The notes: generated by a model from the sequence alone, not told the origin. A DNA stretch of 57,464 bases from Nitrosopumilales archaeon (GCA_044507735.1 JBIQJB010000012.1:1-57464), one strand, 5' to 3'; shown: positions 40,769 to 51,392, counted from the first letter of the stretch. Numbers and translations are program-made.

Positions 40769-41642
40769 CTTATGAAAACGTTTCTACAATTGAATAGCCG
40801 TGCCCGTGCAGAATTTTTCGAGCGTTAGAACAACTAAGGGCAACCCGTGCAGAGGGCGACTGAGGCTTGGAAACGTAACCATCAAGAGAAATGGCAAGTA
40901 TGAAGAAAGACGAGAAAGGTAATGAGGCTAATGATTTGGAGGTTTGTCGTAAATCAAGCCGTCCTGCCGCCTACTATCACATGCGGCAGTGATCAAGACT
41001 TGAATTGGCGACTTAACCGCGTTGCACATGAAATCAGGCAGTCCAGTTCCGTTGCAAATACATTGGAAGATTGTTGCGATTCAACCAAAGATTCTTGAAC
41101 TCGTTCTGCAACAAAAAGTCTCTGTCCATGGATATGGTGCCTCCATGTATTGCTATCTTGTACAGTGTTTCTATGTCTTACCTCCCAAACATTAAGCTGG
41201 TTGGTTGCCCGCCTGCATCTGCGATTGATCCGCTCGAAGTTGCTGCGCCGCCCTCTCTTTTTGCATCGATCAAATATCTTTTGAATGAATTCATCCGTGA
41301 GATTCTACTAGATACCCGATCTCTTCCACATTTACTTATTTGTTCTACTGATCTGATTGCCTTCCTACAAGATAGCGCTGAAAAATGTCAACATAGGCAG
41401 CGCCACAAATCTGTGAATCTTCTCTTGGGCTTGTTCATACTACTGCGGACTAGAGTAGACGAGTCAAATCTGCGGTCTCCTTTGATCCGCCAAGACCGTC
41501 AATCATGTTTGGTGGTCGTGCAGCGAAGCATAAATACAGGATTGTGTATTCTAATAATGTCAGAATAATATAGCCCCATTGTATGTTTTGGCTGATTGGG
41601 GCAAACATTTAATTAGATATGCATTATTTTTTCCCATTATTC

Positions 41643-42107
41643 TTGGTAGTAAAACATTCTTCTCAAAAGAAAAATTCTGCTCCTAAAAAGCCCGCCCCCG
41701 CCAAGGCAAAGACTACCAGGAAGGCTAGCATAAAGAAGAACAAGAAAGGTGCTGTGTCGAAGAAGCAGGTTCAGGAGATAATTGCTTCAAAACAATCATC
41801 CCGTCCGGCTGACGAGGTAGTCACTTATCCTGAGTTTGACTATGAGTTGAAGGAGATAGAAGCTCAAGGGAACAAAGTTCTCATCGGCCCGCCTTGGCTG
41901 ACCCGATTTGAGAAGGCAAGGATAACCGGTTCAAGATCACTTCAGCTTTCTCTTGGCGCCCCGCCTCTGATCAAGGTTCCTGAGGATGCGAGAAGCTCGA
42001 TCATGCTTGCGGTGGAAGAGATTGAACAGAAGGCACTCCCCATATCGATTCGGCGCATATTGCCGAATGGTACATACCAGGACATCCCGATCGACTGGAT
42101 GAAGTAG
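41643..42107 (+). CDS. rpoK: DNA-directed RNA polymerase subunit Rpo6 (K) with basic N-terminal extension
   Basis: LTRFEKARITGSRSLQLSLGAP, LPISIRR; start probably TTG 41643. Confidence 0.93.
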   Translation: MVVKHSSQKKNSAPKKPAPAKAKTTRKASIKKNKKGAVSKKQVQEIIASKQSSRPADEVVTYPEFDYELKEIEAQGNKVLIGPPWLTRFEKARITGSRSLQLSLGAPPLIKVPEDARSSIMLAVEEIEQKALPISIRRILPNGTYQDIPIDWMK

Positions 42108-42127
42108 CCATAATCAGATTTCTTTCA

Positions 42128-42952
42128 TCAGATTTCTTTCAGTTTGCTTTCGTCAAAAATGTCTGACCCGTACCATCTGTAGCGGAAGTAGTCGAGGCAC
42201 CATTCGTGAAAGACGGGGTCTGAGCTATAAAACATCATGTTCATGTCTGTCTCACCCTTTTGCGTTGGGAAAAGGACCGCGGCATTCTTTTCGTTCAATA
42301 TTACTGCAACCTGCACACTTTCAACCATTCTTCTTTCTATCGCACCCTTGGTCAGGAGCTCATTGTGCCCAAGCTTTTTCAGTAGTTCCTTCCTACCCTT
42401 TGGGATTATGACGTTCCTTGGAAAAACATAGCTATATTTCACACCCTTTTCTTTAACTCGTGTGACTGCTGGCTCTATGAGGTCTATGGGGACCTGTGGC
42501 ACTATTTCATAGATGTATTCATTGGCTTCTCGGTAGATGTCTTTCCAGCGCTCCAGGATCGCAACCACACCCTTGATGTATTCACATCTATCCAGTGCAC
42601 CAAGCCGCATGATGAACTTTATCGGGAGCTCTCCGAGCACATGCTCTGAGAAATATTCTTTATGCTTTGAGAGGTAGTTGAAGGTCGGGATCTGCTTTAT
42701 TATCGTGTTGCCAAAAGTTGTCAGGGAAAAAATGCCCTCTGGATCCTTTTCTATCAAGCCGGCATCCTGTAGGCGATTTACGTTCCTGTGAGCTTCCTGC
42801 ATAGTAATGCCCAAGTCCTTTGCAATTTGAGATATCTTGGCTTTTTTCTCATTGAGCTTGAAAATTATAGCCAGCCTCTGCTCACTTGCCAGTTCAAAGA
42901 ATGTCTTTTCGGTATTGGCGTAAGCTTCTATGGCGTCTTCAGAGGATGGCAT
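42128..42952 (-). CDS. HTH transcriptional regulator (ArsR-like N-terminus, archaeal FilR1/DUF1724-like C-terminus)
   Basis: ELASEQRLAII...ISQIAKDLGITMQEAHRNVNRLQDAGLI, LTTFG; WCLDYF..W tail. Confidence 0.85.
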   Translation of the reverse strand: MPSSEDAIEAYANTEKTFFELASEQRLAIIFKLNEKKAKISQIAKDLGITMQEAHRNVNRLQDAGLIEKDPEGIFSLTTFGNTIIKQIPTFNYLSKHKEYFSEHVLGELPIKFIMRLGALDRCEYIKGVVAILERWKDIYREANEYIYEIVPQVPIDLIEPAVTRVKEKGVKYSYVFPRNVIIPKGRKELLKKLGHNELLTKGAIERRMVESVQVAVILNEKNAAVLFPTQKGETDMNMMFYSSDPVFHEWCLDYFRYRWYGSDIFDESKLKEI

Positions 42953-43000
42953 GTTATTTATATTAATGTTTCAGGCCGGACATTGCTTTAAACATTCCAC

Positions 43001-43234
43001 TTAGTAATGGCTTTGGTGGGACGATGACCTGGCACGATTTGCATTCCTTGTTGCGATGGCGCCTACTACGATAAAGCCAATTCCTATGGGTATAATAATG
43101 AAGTTGACAGGCATTATCGAAGCCCAGACCGGGTTTTGAGTGCCAGCCCAGATGAACAAGAGTGCCAAGAATACCAGAGCGATGCCCGTGATGGTTTCGC
43201 CGTTTATCCGTTGCTTTCCTCCGCCTTCTGTCAT
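43001..43234 (-). CDS. Small two-TM membrane protein
   Basis: Two hydrophobic helices; TATTAATA ~28 bp upstream of ATG 43234. Confidence 0.65.
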   Translation of the reverse strand: MTEGGGKQRINGETITGIALVFLALLFIWAGTQNPVWASIMPVNFIIIPIGIGFIVVGAIATRNANRARSSSHQSHY

Positions 43235-43399
43235 AACAGTATAAGCAGTCTGGGTCGGAATATTAATAGCTTCAACCGTATTGTCGCGGTTTACACACCC
43301 AAACATGAAGATGATGCCATTTTCCTTCTTTGCCAGAAGCAGGTCTGGCGGGTAATGTGTCTTGGGATGTTCCTGTTAGCGGCAGCCGTAACAAGAGCA

Positions 43400-43615
43400 A
43401 CAACCATCCTGCCATCGCATAGGGACGTCGTTTTCTGCATCAACATGCTGTGGCGGGAAAGAGGGATCTTCAGGATTGGATGCTTGGTAAAACGTGCTCA
43501 AACGAGTGTTGAAACTCTTGCTAACCTGCATCTGGTCTTCCTTCCGGGATAGGATTCCCAGTTGAGGTGAGGTCAGGGCTCCTGTAGAACCACAATGTTT
43601 GCACGATAGGTGCAA
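43400..43615 (-). pseudogene. Possible IS1595-like transposase zinc-ribbon remnant
   Basis: Across frameshifts it reads SCKHCGS...WESYPG..RCR...KSFNTRLSTFY, resembling the recalled CxxCGS...YGSY.G..RY.C..C.RTFNDKTGT.F. Confidence 0.4.
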
Positions 43616-43761
43616 AAGGAGGTGGTGGTCATATGAGCTCATCCAACAATAGGGAAAAGTGGAATGCTGCTGCGAAAGATGGCAGGAGGCAGACGGAGCA
43701 GCGAGGAGAAGCCAGTAACATATTTATTGTAATGAGCAAGTCTTGTGTCCTGCGTATTGCT

Positions 43762-44181
43762 ATGGTAATTAACGAAGAATTGCTGGCAGCCAGGAAAAGA
43801 GTCGCAGAGAGGCGGCCAAAGTTCATCCGGCAGGAGAGCTGGAGGTATGACCGGCTGGCTGAGAACTGGAGAAAACCTAAGGGCAAGGACAATAAGATGA
43901 GAAAACAAAAGTCAGGTATGCCGTCCCTTGTCAAGGTAGGCTACCGGGGTCCCAAGGCTGCAAGAGGTCTTCACCCGTCAGGCTATACAGACAATGTCGT
44001 TCATAATGTTGCCGAGCTTGCAAGACTGGATCCGAAAAAGGACGCAGCCCGGCTTGCTCACACTGTTGGGAAACGAAAGAGGATAGAGATCATCGCCAAG
44101 GCAGCCGAGCTTGGTATCAAGGTGTTGAACGCGGGTAAGCTGGCACCAAAGGAAAAGAAAGATGAGGAGTCGAAGACATAA
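43762..44181 (+). CDS. rpl32e: 50S ribosomal protein L32e
   Basis: RPKFIRQE, WRKPKGKDNKMR, GYRGP..RGLHPSG; start at MVINEE. Confidence 0.96.
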   Translation: MVINEELLAARKRVAERRPKFIRQESWRYDRLAENWRKPKGKDNKMRKQKSGMPSLVKVGYRGPKAARGLHPSGYTDNVVHNVAELARLDPKKDAARLAHTVGKRKRIEIIAKAAELGIKVLNAGKLAPKEKKDEESKT

Positions 44182-44627
44182 TGGTAGTCAACATTGCAAA
44201 AAAGCGTGAACTTGTAGCAAGGATTCTCGGCGTCGGAGCGAACAGAATTCGCTTTGAACCTGATAGGTTAGAAGATGTCGCCGATTCTATTACCCGGGAC
44301 AATATTCGCTCGCTTGTCAAGAACGGCGCGATATGGACGGTTCAGCCAAAAGGCACCTCGAGGGGCAGGGCTATGGAAAAGCGCTCAGTCTGGAAGATCC
44401 ACGGAAAAGGCCCCGGGTCGAAAAAGGGCAAAAAGACCGCAAGAGTTGGTAAGAAAGAGGTCTATGTGGTCAAGGTAAGATCTATGCGTTACCACCTCAA
44501 AGTGCTCAAGGAACGCAAAGATATTACGAACGAGATTTATTGGCAGCTATACAAGAAGGTGAACGGTGGCCAAGTAAGATCGCTTGCTCACTTGCGCGAG
44601 CTTGTAAAGGAAGCCAAGTCCCGCTGA
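44181..44627 (+). CDS. rpl19e: 50S ribosomal protein L19e
   Basis: ILGVGANRI, ITRDNIRSL, GTSRGR, GPGSKKGKKTAR. Confidence 0.96.
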   Translation: MVVNIAKKRELVARILGVGANRIRFEPDRLEDVADSITRDNIRSLVKNGAIWTVQPKGTSRGRAMEKRSVWKIHGKGPGSKKGKKTARVGKKEVYVVKVRSMRYHLKVLKERKDITNEIYWQLYKKVNGGQVRSLAHLRELVKEAKSR

Positions 44628-44644
44628 CCGCACATAACTTGCGC

Positions 44645-44664
44645 TTGTTTTTTACTCTTTTTTT
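44645..44664 (+). terminator. Oligo-T terminator after rpl19e
   Basis: TTGTTTTTTACTCTTTTTTT. Confidence 0.5.
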
Positions 44665-45204
44665 CAAAGCAGCACATGCAACTTGGCGTGAGTACGTCAC
44701 CTACGAAAAGGGCATCGTGCAGTGCTTGAACTCCTGAATGAGCGACGCGCTGTAGGTAGGACATCAACTGCTGCCGTAAAACTAAGATGTTCGACGTGAC
44801 ATTGTGTGTCACTCCTAGATGTTGAGGCATGAGGAGGGTATTTGAAATAGAAAAACCGCGAAGGTCATCCGAATTTTATTGCCTTTTTGGATTAAAGCAC
44901 AATCAGAAGGGGACTGGAAGAATCAAGTTCAAATCATTGGATGGATGATCGAAACCATGTAGAATAATTGCACACAACGAATCATTTCCGCCTGCTTCAT
45001 TAAATCCTGATTCTTCCTTCCCCCCCCAACACTTTATCCTTGGAATCACGCGATTCTCGTTAGGCCGCATCGTAGCACCAAACAAGATCCAACGTGCAAA
45101 CAATTTAGGCAGCGAGGCTGGATACTATGCGCCATTGAATTGGGCAGCAACTCCTGTATAACCTTTAAATTTACGAGAAAGCCGCGGAACTGTAATCTCT
45201 GGAA

Positions 45205-46851
45205 ATGAGCGCGAAACTAGAAGAAGCGGTCCGCCGCTCTTATGGTGCAAAACCAAAGTACGATGAATTGATGCCTGGCGTCCCTGAAGACTACAAGCAG
45301 GTAAAGACACTAGGCGATCTGCTCAAGATAAACTACAAACACGTCACAGTAGAAGAACAGATGCGCGGCAACCTGGTTGCTAAGCTGAAAAAAGGCGAAC
45401 ATCCGTATCCCGGGATCATCGGTTACGACGACGATGTAATTCCTGCGCTCAATAGGGCGATCCTATCTGGCCATGATATCTTACTTATCGGACAGATCGG
45501 CCAGGCGAAGACCAAGATTGCAGAGGCGATTGCCAACAACCTTCTTTCGCCCATACCCGTGGTAAGAGGCACAATAACGAACGACATTCCTACTACCATT
45601 CCCGAAGATCAGCTAATTGCACTCTTGACTGATTCACCGATTGTTCGCACGCAACCCGAATTTACTGTATCGCCCGAATGCGAAGATATCATCCGTACAA
45701 ATAAACTCGAAACAAAGATCGACTGGGTATCCGGCGCTGATAGGTACAAGTACATTCTCTCTACACCTGACATCTCTGTAAAGGATCTAGTAGGCCAGAT
45801 AGACGCTATCAAGATCGCCAAGAAAGGTGTTGAATTGTATAGCATGGAGTCCTATTCCGCCGGACAATTGCTGCAGGCGAGACACGGTATACTCTGCATC
45901 GATGAGTTGCCGGTTCTAGACCCTCGCAAGCAGGTGTCTCTGCTCAGTGTCCTTCAGGAGGGCAAGTTTACCACCGGTGCATATCCTGTAGTGTTCAAAC
46001 CTGATGTCAAGATTATCGCCACGGCAAACCCAATTGACTATACCCATTCTGGCAAGATAATCGAGCCGCTCTTTGATAGGCTCAGAAGCCATGTTGATAC
46101 GCACTATCCCCGGACTGTTGAGGACGAGATGCTCATAATAGTGCAGGAGTCCCGGTTGGCGGATGCAAAGAACGTAGTGCTTCCTGTCTTCATGGTACGG
46201 ATGATAGCCAAGATTACACAGATGACACGCGCCCATCCAGACGTGAACCACGACAAAGGTGTGAGCGTGAGGATGGCCGTACATTCGATGGAGATGGTGG
46301 TAGCGGAGGCCGAGCGCACGCGCTCTATTGCTTTTGGTGTAAAGGCCATCCCGCGCTTCTGTGACATCCACTGCATCCACCAGTCTAGCAAGTTCGAGCT
46401 TGCAGAAATGGAAGACACAAGGGAGAATAGGAGTAATGTTCTCAATTCCATAATCGAAAGCGCGCTCAAAGAAGTGTCGCTTGAATACATCCAAAAGCTT
46501 TCCCCCGAGCAACTTACAAAAGTCAAGAATGACTTTGCAAAGAATAAGGCGTTCCAAGTGTCCCAGATTATGATCGGAGGGGGGAGGAGCCCAGACTATG
46601 AATCACAATTGGCCAAGTTCCCTGCACTAAGGGCGGCTGTTGCCGAGACAATTTCGATAGTGAAAGAAGAGCAAAAGCAGCTCGTGGAAAGGGCCAGACA
46701 GCATGGTATTAGGACAGACGGCGTTGAACTAGCGCCCAACTTGGACGGAGAATTTACCGCGTCTGTAACAGAAGTGGTTCTTGAAGGGTTACGTCACACT
46801 CAGCCACCTGTCTTGGATAGAAAGGACAACAGTTATGGGCTCGTACAATAG
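45205..46851 (+). CDS. AAA+ ATPase, MoxR/ChlI-like
   Basis: Walker A variant GQIGQAKT, TPDISVKDLVGQID, ILCIDEL, ATANP, LFDRL, THYP, VSVR. Confidence 0.88.
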   Translation: MSAKLEEAVRRSYGAKPKYDELMPGVPEDYKQVKTLGDLLKINYKHVTVEEQMRGNLVAKLKKGEHPYPGIIGYDDDVIPALNRAILSGHDILLIGQIGQAKTKIAEAIANNLLSPIPVVRGTITNDIPTTIPEDQLIALLTDSPIVRTQPEFTVSPECEDIIRTNKLETKIDWVSGADRYKYILSTPDISVKDLVGQIDAIKIAKKGVELYSMESYSAGQLLQARHGILCIDELPVLDPRKQVSLLSVLQEGKFTTGAYPVVFKPDVKIIATANPIDYTHSGKIIEPLFDRLRSHVDTHYPRTVEDEMLIIVQESRLADAKNVVLPVFMVRMIAKITQMTRAHPDVNHDKGVSVRMAVHSMEMVVAEAERTRSIAFGVKAIPRFCDIHCIHQSSKFELAEMEDTRENRSNVLNSIIESALKEVSLEYIQKLSPEQLTKVKNDFAKNKAFQVSQIMIGGGRSPDYESQLAKFPALRAAVAETISIVKEEQKQLVERARQHGIRTDGVELAPNLDGEFTASVTEVVLEGLRHTQPPVLDRKDNSYGLVQ

Positions 46852-48229
46852 CACTCCTGGAAGCAAGAAATTCCTGTATTTTCCACTGGATAAAGAGGGC
46901 CAAGAACAACAGCAGAAGAGCCAAGGAAGCAGGGAACTTCCACGCGATGTTCTGGACAAACTGCTGAAATCATTGGGACGGGAGGCCCTAAGAGAAAAGA
47001 CTCCAAGCCTCCAAGAGCTTGAGCAAGTGCTTCAAGGTGCAATGTCTCCAACCTCTCAGAATGAGCAACAGCAAGGTAGGCAAGAATCAAACTCACAGGT
47101 AGGAGACGAAGGGGAGGAGACTGGTGATGACTCTGGTTTGCCTCTTGTGAGGCATTTGATGAACAAGGGCTATCTGAAGGATTCTCCAAAGTGGCTCACC
47201 ACCAAGGGCTTTACCACGATAGGTACCAAGATCCTAAGCGATGTGATGAAGGCGCTCAAGGCCGGTGAGTATGGGATGCATGAAACACAGAACATGGGCT
47301 CCGGCTCGCTGGTGCTCGACACAAGCAAGAGATACGAGCCGGGCGACGATATCCGACTGCTCAACGTGCCAAAATCGCTGCTCAACACGATCCAGCGGCT
47401 TTCAAAGGATGGTCGTGATCTAAAGCTTCCGTTGCAGATGGATGTGGGAGATTTTGAAGAATATGAAACGATGCAAGACGTCCGAGTTGCAGTAGTCTAC
47501 TGTATTGATCTGAGTTCAACAATGCGCTACTCCTCAATGTATGGCGACATGAGCAGGATAGAGGCGGCCAAGAGAGCGCTTTGGAGCCTGTATCTCCTGA
47601 ACAGGAAGTTCTTTCCATCAGACTCTGTTTATGTAGTGGGATTCGGCGCACTTGCATCAAGAGTACTCCCAAGTGATATTCCTTACCTGAAGACCTTTGA
47701 GCCCGGTTCTGACTTTCTCCACTACACTAACTACCAGGCCGCGTTCAGGTTGGCAAGCAAAATCCTGCAAAAGGATGGTGCCATGAACAAACGCATAGTG
47801 CTGGTCACAGATGGTCACCCAAGCGCCTGCTTTATTGACGACAAGGGCGAGCAGGACAAGATCCTCTCGCAAAGGCCCTACTCTCACTTTTACACTCCTG
47901 ACCGTCAGACGCTTGATATTATAAAGCAGGAGAACAGCATGAACTTGGACATTGCTTCTGGAGAGCTTGTTTACTTGTGTTATCGCTACCGACAGGTTGA
48001 TCAGTACATAGGTGCACGCACAATTACAGAGGCTAAGAAGGTCCACTCTCGAAATATTGACATTGACACTATAATGATAAGTGAAGAAGACTCTCTGCTG
48101 AGCTACGTCAACGAAATGGAAAAGTACGTGAGCGGCAGATCGTACTACATAAACCCTGCAGAAATCGATAAGGTGCTGCTGACCGACTACCTCAGCAACA
48201 AGAAGCAGCAGACTCTGCGGACACACTAG
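46835..48229 (+). CDS. VWA-domain protein
   Basis: MIDAS DLSSTM, TNYQ, VTDGHPS; overlaps the ATPase 3' end. Confidence 0.9.
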   Translation: MGSYNSTPGSKKFLYFPLDKEGQEQQQKSQGSRELPRDVLDKLLKSLGREALREKTPSLQELEQVLQGAMSPTSQNEQQQGRQESNSQVGDEGEETGDDSGLPLVRHLMNKGYLKDSPKWLTTKGFTTIGTKILSDVMKALKAGEYGMHETQNMGSGSLVLDTSKRYEPGDDIRLLNVPKSLLNTIQRLSKDGRDLKLPLQMDVGDFEEYETMQDVRVAVVYCIDLSSTMRYSSMYGDMSRIEAAKRALWSLYLLNRKFFPSDSVYVVGFGALASRVLPSDIPYLKTFEPGSDFLHYTNYQAAFRLASKILQKDGAMNKRIVLVTDGHPSACFIDDKGEQDKILSQRPYSHFYTPDRQTLDIIKQENSMNLDIASGELVYLCYRYRQVDQYIGARTITEAKKVHSRNIDIDTIMISEEDSLLSYVNEMEKYVSGRSYYINPAEIDKVLLTDYLSNKKQQTLRTH

Positions 48230-48291
48230 CTGGATAAGAAACTTGGAGAAGCTTAATATACAGACGAGAAAGTTGTTTGCATAAGCAAAGT

Positions 48292-48957
48292 ATGCTGATT
48301 ATCTTTGACGTGGAAGGCGTACTGTTGAACGCCGAATATCTCCCGGTTCTGGCGCAGGTAATGGGTCCTGAGAAAGAGAAGGAAATCTGGGATATCACAA
48401 ATGCCGGCATAAGGGGAGATATCAACTGGGAAGATGGTCTGAGACGCAGAGTGCACGCACTGCGCGGTATCACATACGAAGACGCCAAGAGGCTGGCAGA
48501 AGGATTGCCATTGATGCCTGGCGCAAAAGAGCTGTGCACTGCTCTGAAAAAGGCCGGCTGGAAAATGATCGCAGTATCCGGTGGCTTTACCATAATCACT
48601 GACAGGCTCCGAACTGATCTAGGGATCGACAAGATATTCTCAAACGAGCTCATATTCAAGGATGGCAAACTGGACGACGTAATCCTGAACGTCACGTCTG
48701 ACAAGGCAGCTGCAGTAAGAGATACCATAAAGGAATGGGGCTTTAAGAAGGAGGATATTGTGGTGGTGGTAGACGGGGCCAACGACTTGAAGCTGTTCGC
48801 ACTCGCAGGTTATACTGTAGGTTTCTGTCCTGTGGATATTGTAAGGGAAAAGGCTGACGTTTCGATAGACAAGCGCGATCTCAGCCTGCTCCTGAACTTG
48901 CTAAAAAAAAATTTCGGTGAAGCCGTGCTGGTAAATGCGGCCAGCCGCCGGCAGTAA
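48292..48957 (+). CDS. serB: Phosphoserine phosphatase (HAD)
   Basis: FDVEGV, VSGGF, DGANDL; ITNAGIRGDINW cap motif. Confidence 0.85.
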   Translation: MLIIFDVEGVLLNAEYLPVLAQVMGPEKEKEIWDITNAGIRGDINWEDGLRRRVHALRGITYEDAKRLAEGLPLMPGAKELCTALKKAGWKMIAVSGGFTIITDRLRTDLGIDKIFSNELIFKDGKLDDVILNVTSDKAAAVRDTIKEWGFKKEDIVVVVDGANDLKLFALAGYTVGFCPVDIVREKADVSIDKRDLSLLLNLLKKNFGEAVLVNAASRRQ

Positions 48958-48997
48958 CCGACCCGTTTTTTAATTCCCCTCCACTTCCAATACTCCT

Positions 48998-49744
48998 GTG
49001 CTACGGATAATCCCAGTCCGAATTGGCAAGAACATTATGCCCGGCGATGACCTCGGAGCCGTTATTCTTCAGGACGTCAAGCAGAACAATCTGGAAATTC
49101 TCGATGGGGATGTTCTTGTGGTGGCACACAAGATTGTATCAAAAGCAGAAGGACGCATTGTCAATCTCGAGGACATCGCTCCTTCGCAAAAGGCGAGAAA
49201 GATGGCCAAAGAGCACAACAAGGATCCGCGTATCATGGAGCTAATATTGAAGGAGTCTGCCCAGATCCTCCGAGCCAAGAACGGAGTAATTGTATCGGAA
49301 ACAAAACATGGGTTTGTTTGTGCGAACGCTGGCGTTGATCAGAGCAATGTGCAAGGCGAAGCTGCACTGCTCCTCCCAGTTAATCCAGATAGGTCTGCAA
49401 GACGACTCTTGGAATTCGTAAGAGAAAAGACGGGCAAAGGAATCGCTGTTATCGTCACTGACACTTTTGGCCGGCCATTCCGTGAGGGCCAGACAAATGT
49501 TGCCATTGGGATTGCAGGCATTCGCCCCGTCAAGAGCTATGTCGGCTCTCGGGACATGTATGGTAGGAAGCTGAGGGTAAGTGAGATCGCCGTCGCAGAT
49601 GAAATAGCAGCAGCAGCCGAACTCGTTATGGGAAAGTCAGAAGGCGTGCCTGTTGCAATCGTGCGAGGTTACAAGTTCGAAACGGCGACAAGATCCTCCG
49701 CAAAATCCCTGCAACGGATGAGGAGTCGGGATCTTTTCCGGTAA
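48998..49744 (+). CDS. cofE: Coenzyme F420-0:L-glutamate ligase
   Basis: KIVSKAEG, ANAGVDQSN, DTFGRPFREG, DEIAAAAELVMG. Confidence 0.95.
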   Translation: MLRIIPVRIGKNIMPGDDLGAVILQDVKQNNLEILDGDVLVVAHKIVSKAEGRIVNLEDIAPSQKARKMAKEHNKDPRIMELILKESAQILRAKNGVIVSETKHGFVCANAGVDQSNVQGEAALLLPVNPDRSARRLLEFVREKTGKGIAVIVTDTFGRPFREGQTNVAIGIAGIRPVKSYVGSRDMYGRKLRVSEIAVADEIAAAAELVMGKSEGVPVAIVRGYKFETATRSSAKSLQRMRSRDLFR

Positions 49745-49797
49745 TAAACTGTAACATTTAATATAAAGTCGCGGTAATTTTACTTACGTTCGTTACT

Positions 49798-50034
49798 ATG
49801 AGTGCTTCACCTACAAAATCAATTGATGTGAGGGGCCTTTACTGCCCGGAACCTGTATTCCGGACAAAGATGGAGATAGAGCGCTTAAAGATAGGCGATA
49901 CTCTCAAGGTGGTTGCAGACGACCCCGAATCTGAAGAGGATATTTCAAGGTGGGTCAGTCGCAACGGTCATCAGCTCGTATCTCTGAACAAGACTGACAA
50001 GGATCTCGAGTTTGTGATAAAGAAGGCGAAATAG
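49798..50034 (+). CDS. tusA: TusA-family sulfur carrier
   Basis: IDVRGLYCPEP (CPxP), VADDP. Confidence 0.9.
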   Translation: MSASPTKSIDVRGLYCPEPVFRTKMEIERLKIGDTLKVVADDPESEEDISRWVSRNGHQLVSLNKTDKDLEFVIKKAK

Positions 50035-50039
50035 ATCAT

Positions 50040-51041
50040 TTGACCACCGTCGCTAGGCCGGACATCGTGGAACGTATAGGTCACACCCCGCTAGTGGAAC
50101 TAAAATCATTTTCTACCAAAAACGTACGATACTTCGCAAAGCTGGAATGGCACAACCCGTTCGGCTCTGTCAAGGATAGAGCAGCTTACTGGATGATAAA
50201 GGACGCGGAAAAGCGTGGTATCTTAAAAAGAGAAAAGAGCATAATTATCGAGCCCACGTCAGGAAACACTGGCATCGCGCTGACTGGGATTGCAACTTCG
50301 CTTGGCTACAGGGTGGAGATTGTGATCCCTGAAAAGGTTAGCGACGAAACAAAGAATATCTTGCGGCACCTTGGCGCGACTCTGCATGAAACTTCCGATG
50401 ACCTCTGCCCGAGAGTAGGTGCTGGGACTGACCAGAGCATTGCACTTGCAAAGGCGATCTCAAAGCCGCGTCCTGACATTTACTATATGCCAAACCAGTA
50501 TGAAAATGACGCCAACTTTCTTGCTCACTATGAAAGCACGGGGCCGGAAATATGGGAGCAAACAGACGGTGCCGTGACTCACTTTGTCACGGGGTGCGGG
50601 ACTGGCGGCACGATAACTGGCACTGCGAAATATCTAAAGGAGAGGAATAGAAATATACGCGTCATTGCTGTGCAAGCTCAAAAGAACCATCTTTTGCAGG
50701 GCTTACGCAATTTTGAAGAATCATTGATGCCCGAGCTCTTCAAACGTCGCGAAGAAGTCGTAGATGAATGGATGACCGCGACAAACAAGGACTCGTTTGA
50801 CTCAGTGAGGCAGCTGGCGGAGAAGGAGAATATGCTGGTAGGGCCCTCATCGGGCGCAGTCATGACTTCAATGATCAAGAAAGGCGAGACCTTGGAGAGT
50901 GGGGTAGTCGTTGGCATCTTCGCAGACGATGGCAGAAAGTTCAGAAGCCTCTATGTCAAGGAAGGCATCATGAGCGATCAGGAATATGAAAGAGCGCTCA
51001 AGAACGCCAAACACATGTCGCAACTGGCCTACAGCCTATGA
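50040..51041 (+). CDS. PLP-dependent cysteine synthase family protein
   Basis: IGHTPLV, NPFGSVKDR, EPTSGNTG, NQYEN, GTGGT, GPSSG; 5 bp after tusA. Confidence 0.92.
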   Translation: MTTVARPDIVERIGHTPLVELKSFSTKNVRYFAKLEWHNPFGSVKDRAAYWMIKDAEKRGILKREKSIIIEPTSGNTGIALTGIATSLGYRVEIVIPEKVSDETKNILRHLGATLHETSDDLCPRVGAGTDQSIALAKAISKPRPDIYYMPNQYENDANFLAHYESTGPEIWEQTDGAVTHFVTGCGTGGTITGTAKYLKERNRNIRVIAVQAQKNHLLQGLRNFEESLMPELFKRREEVVDEWMTATNKDSFDSVRQLAEKENMLVGPSSGAVMTSMIKKGETLESGVVVGIFADDGRKFRSLYVKEGIMSDQEYERALKNAKHMSQLAYSL

Positions 51042-51392
51042 AATAATGGGGCACGGGCATGACCAATCATTGCTCCCATCCACTACTTGTTCTTGCTCTC
51101 GGCAGTTCTTAATCGAGTAATTGCAGTTACCTGATTGTCTGTGTGCAGGTCTCTTGCAGTTATATCTAGTGGTAGACCGACAAAAAGGTGGAGACAAAGA
51201 TGCGACGGTGATCGTGTCGCGTGGTTGCCTCGTTCAGCGAGGGAGCAGGTGTGATCTGAGTATCAGACTTATGTGATCTATCATCAGCTCTACTCCTTAC
51301 AGCTGGCCCGGCAAAGGCTAGCCTCATACTCGTACATCAAGGGCGAGTGCCAAAAACATGAATCTAGGGCGTATATGCCCACGTCTCAACAG

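Noticed and set aside
43633-43761. N-terminal extension of L32e
   Set aside because: It spans the TATTTAT promoter at ~43721; homology starts at ATG 43762
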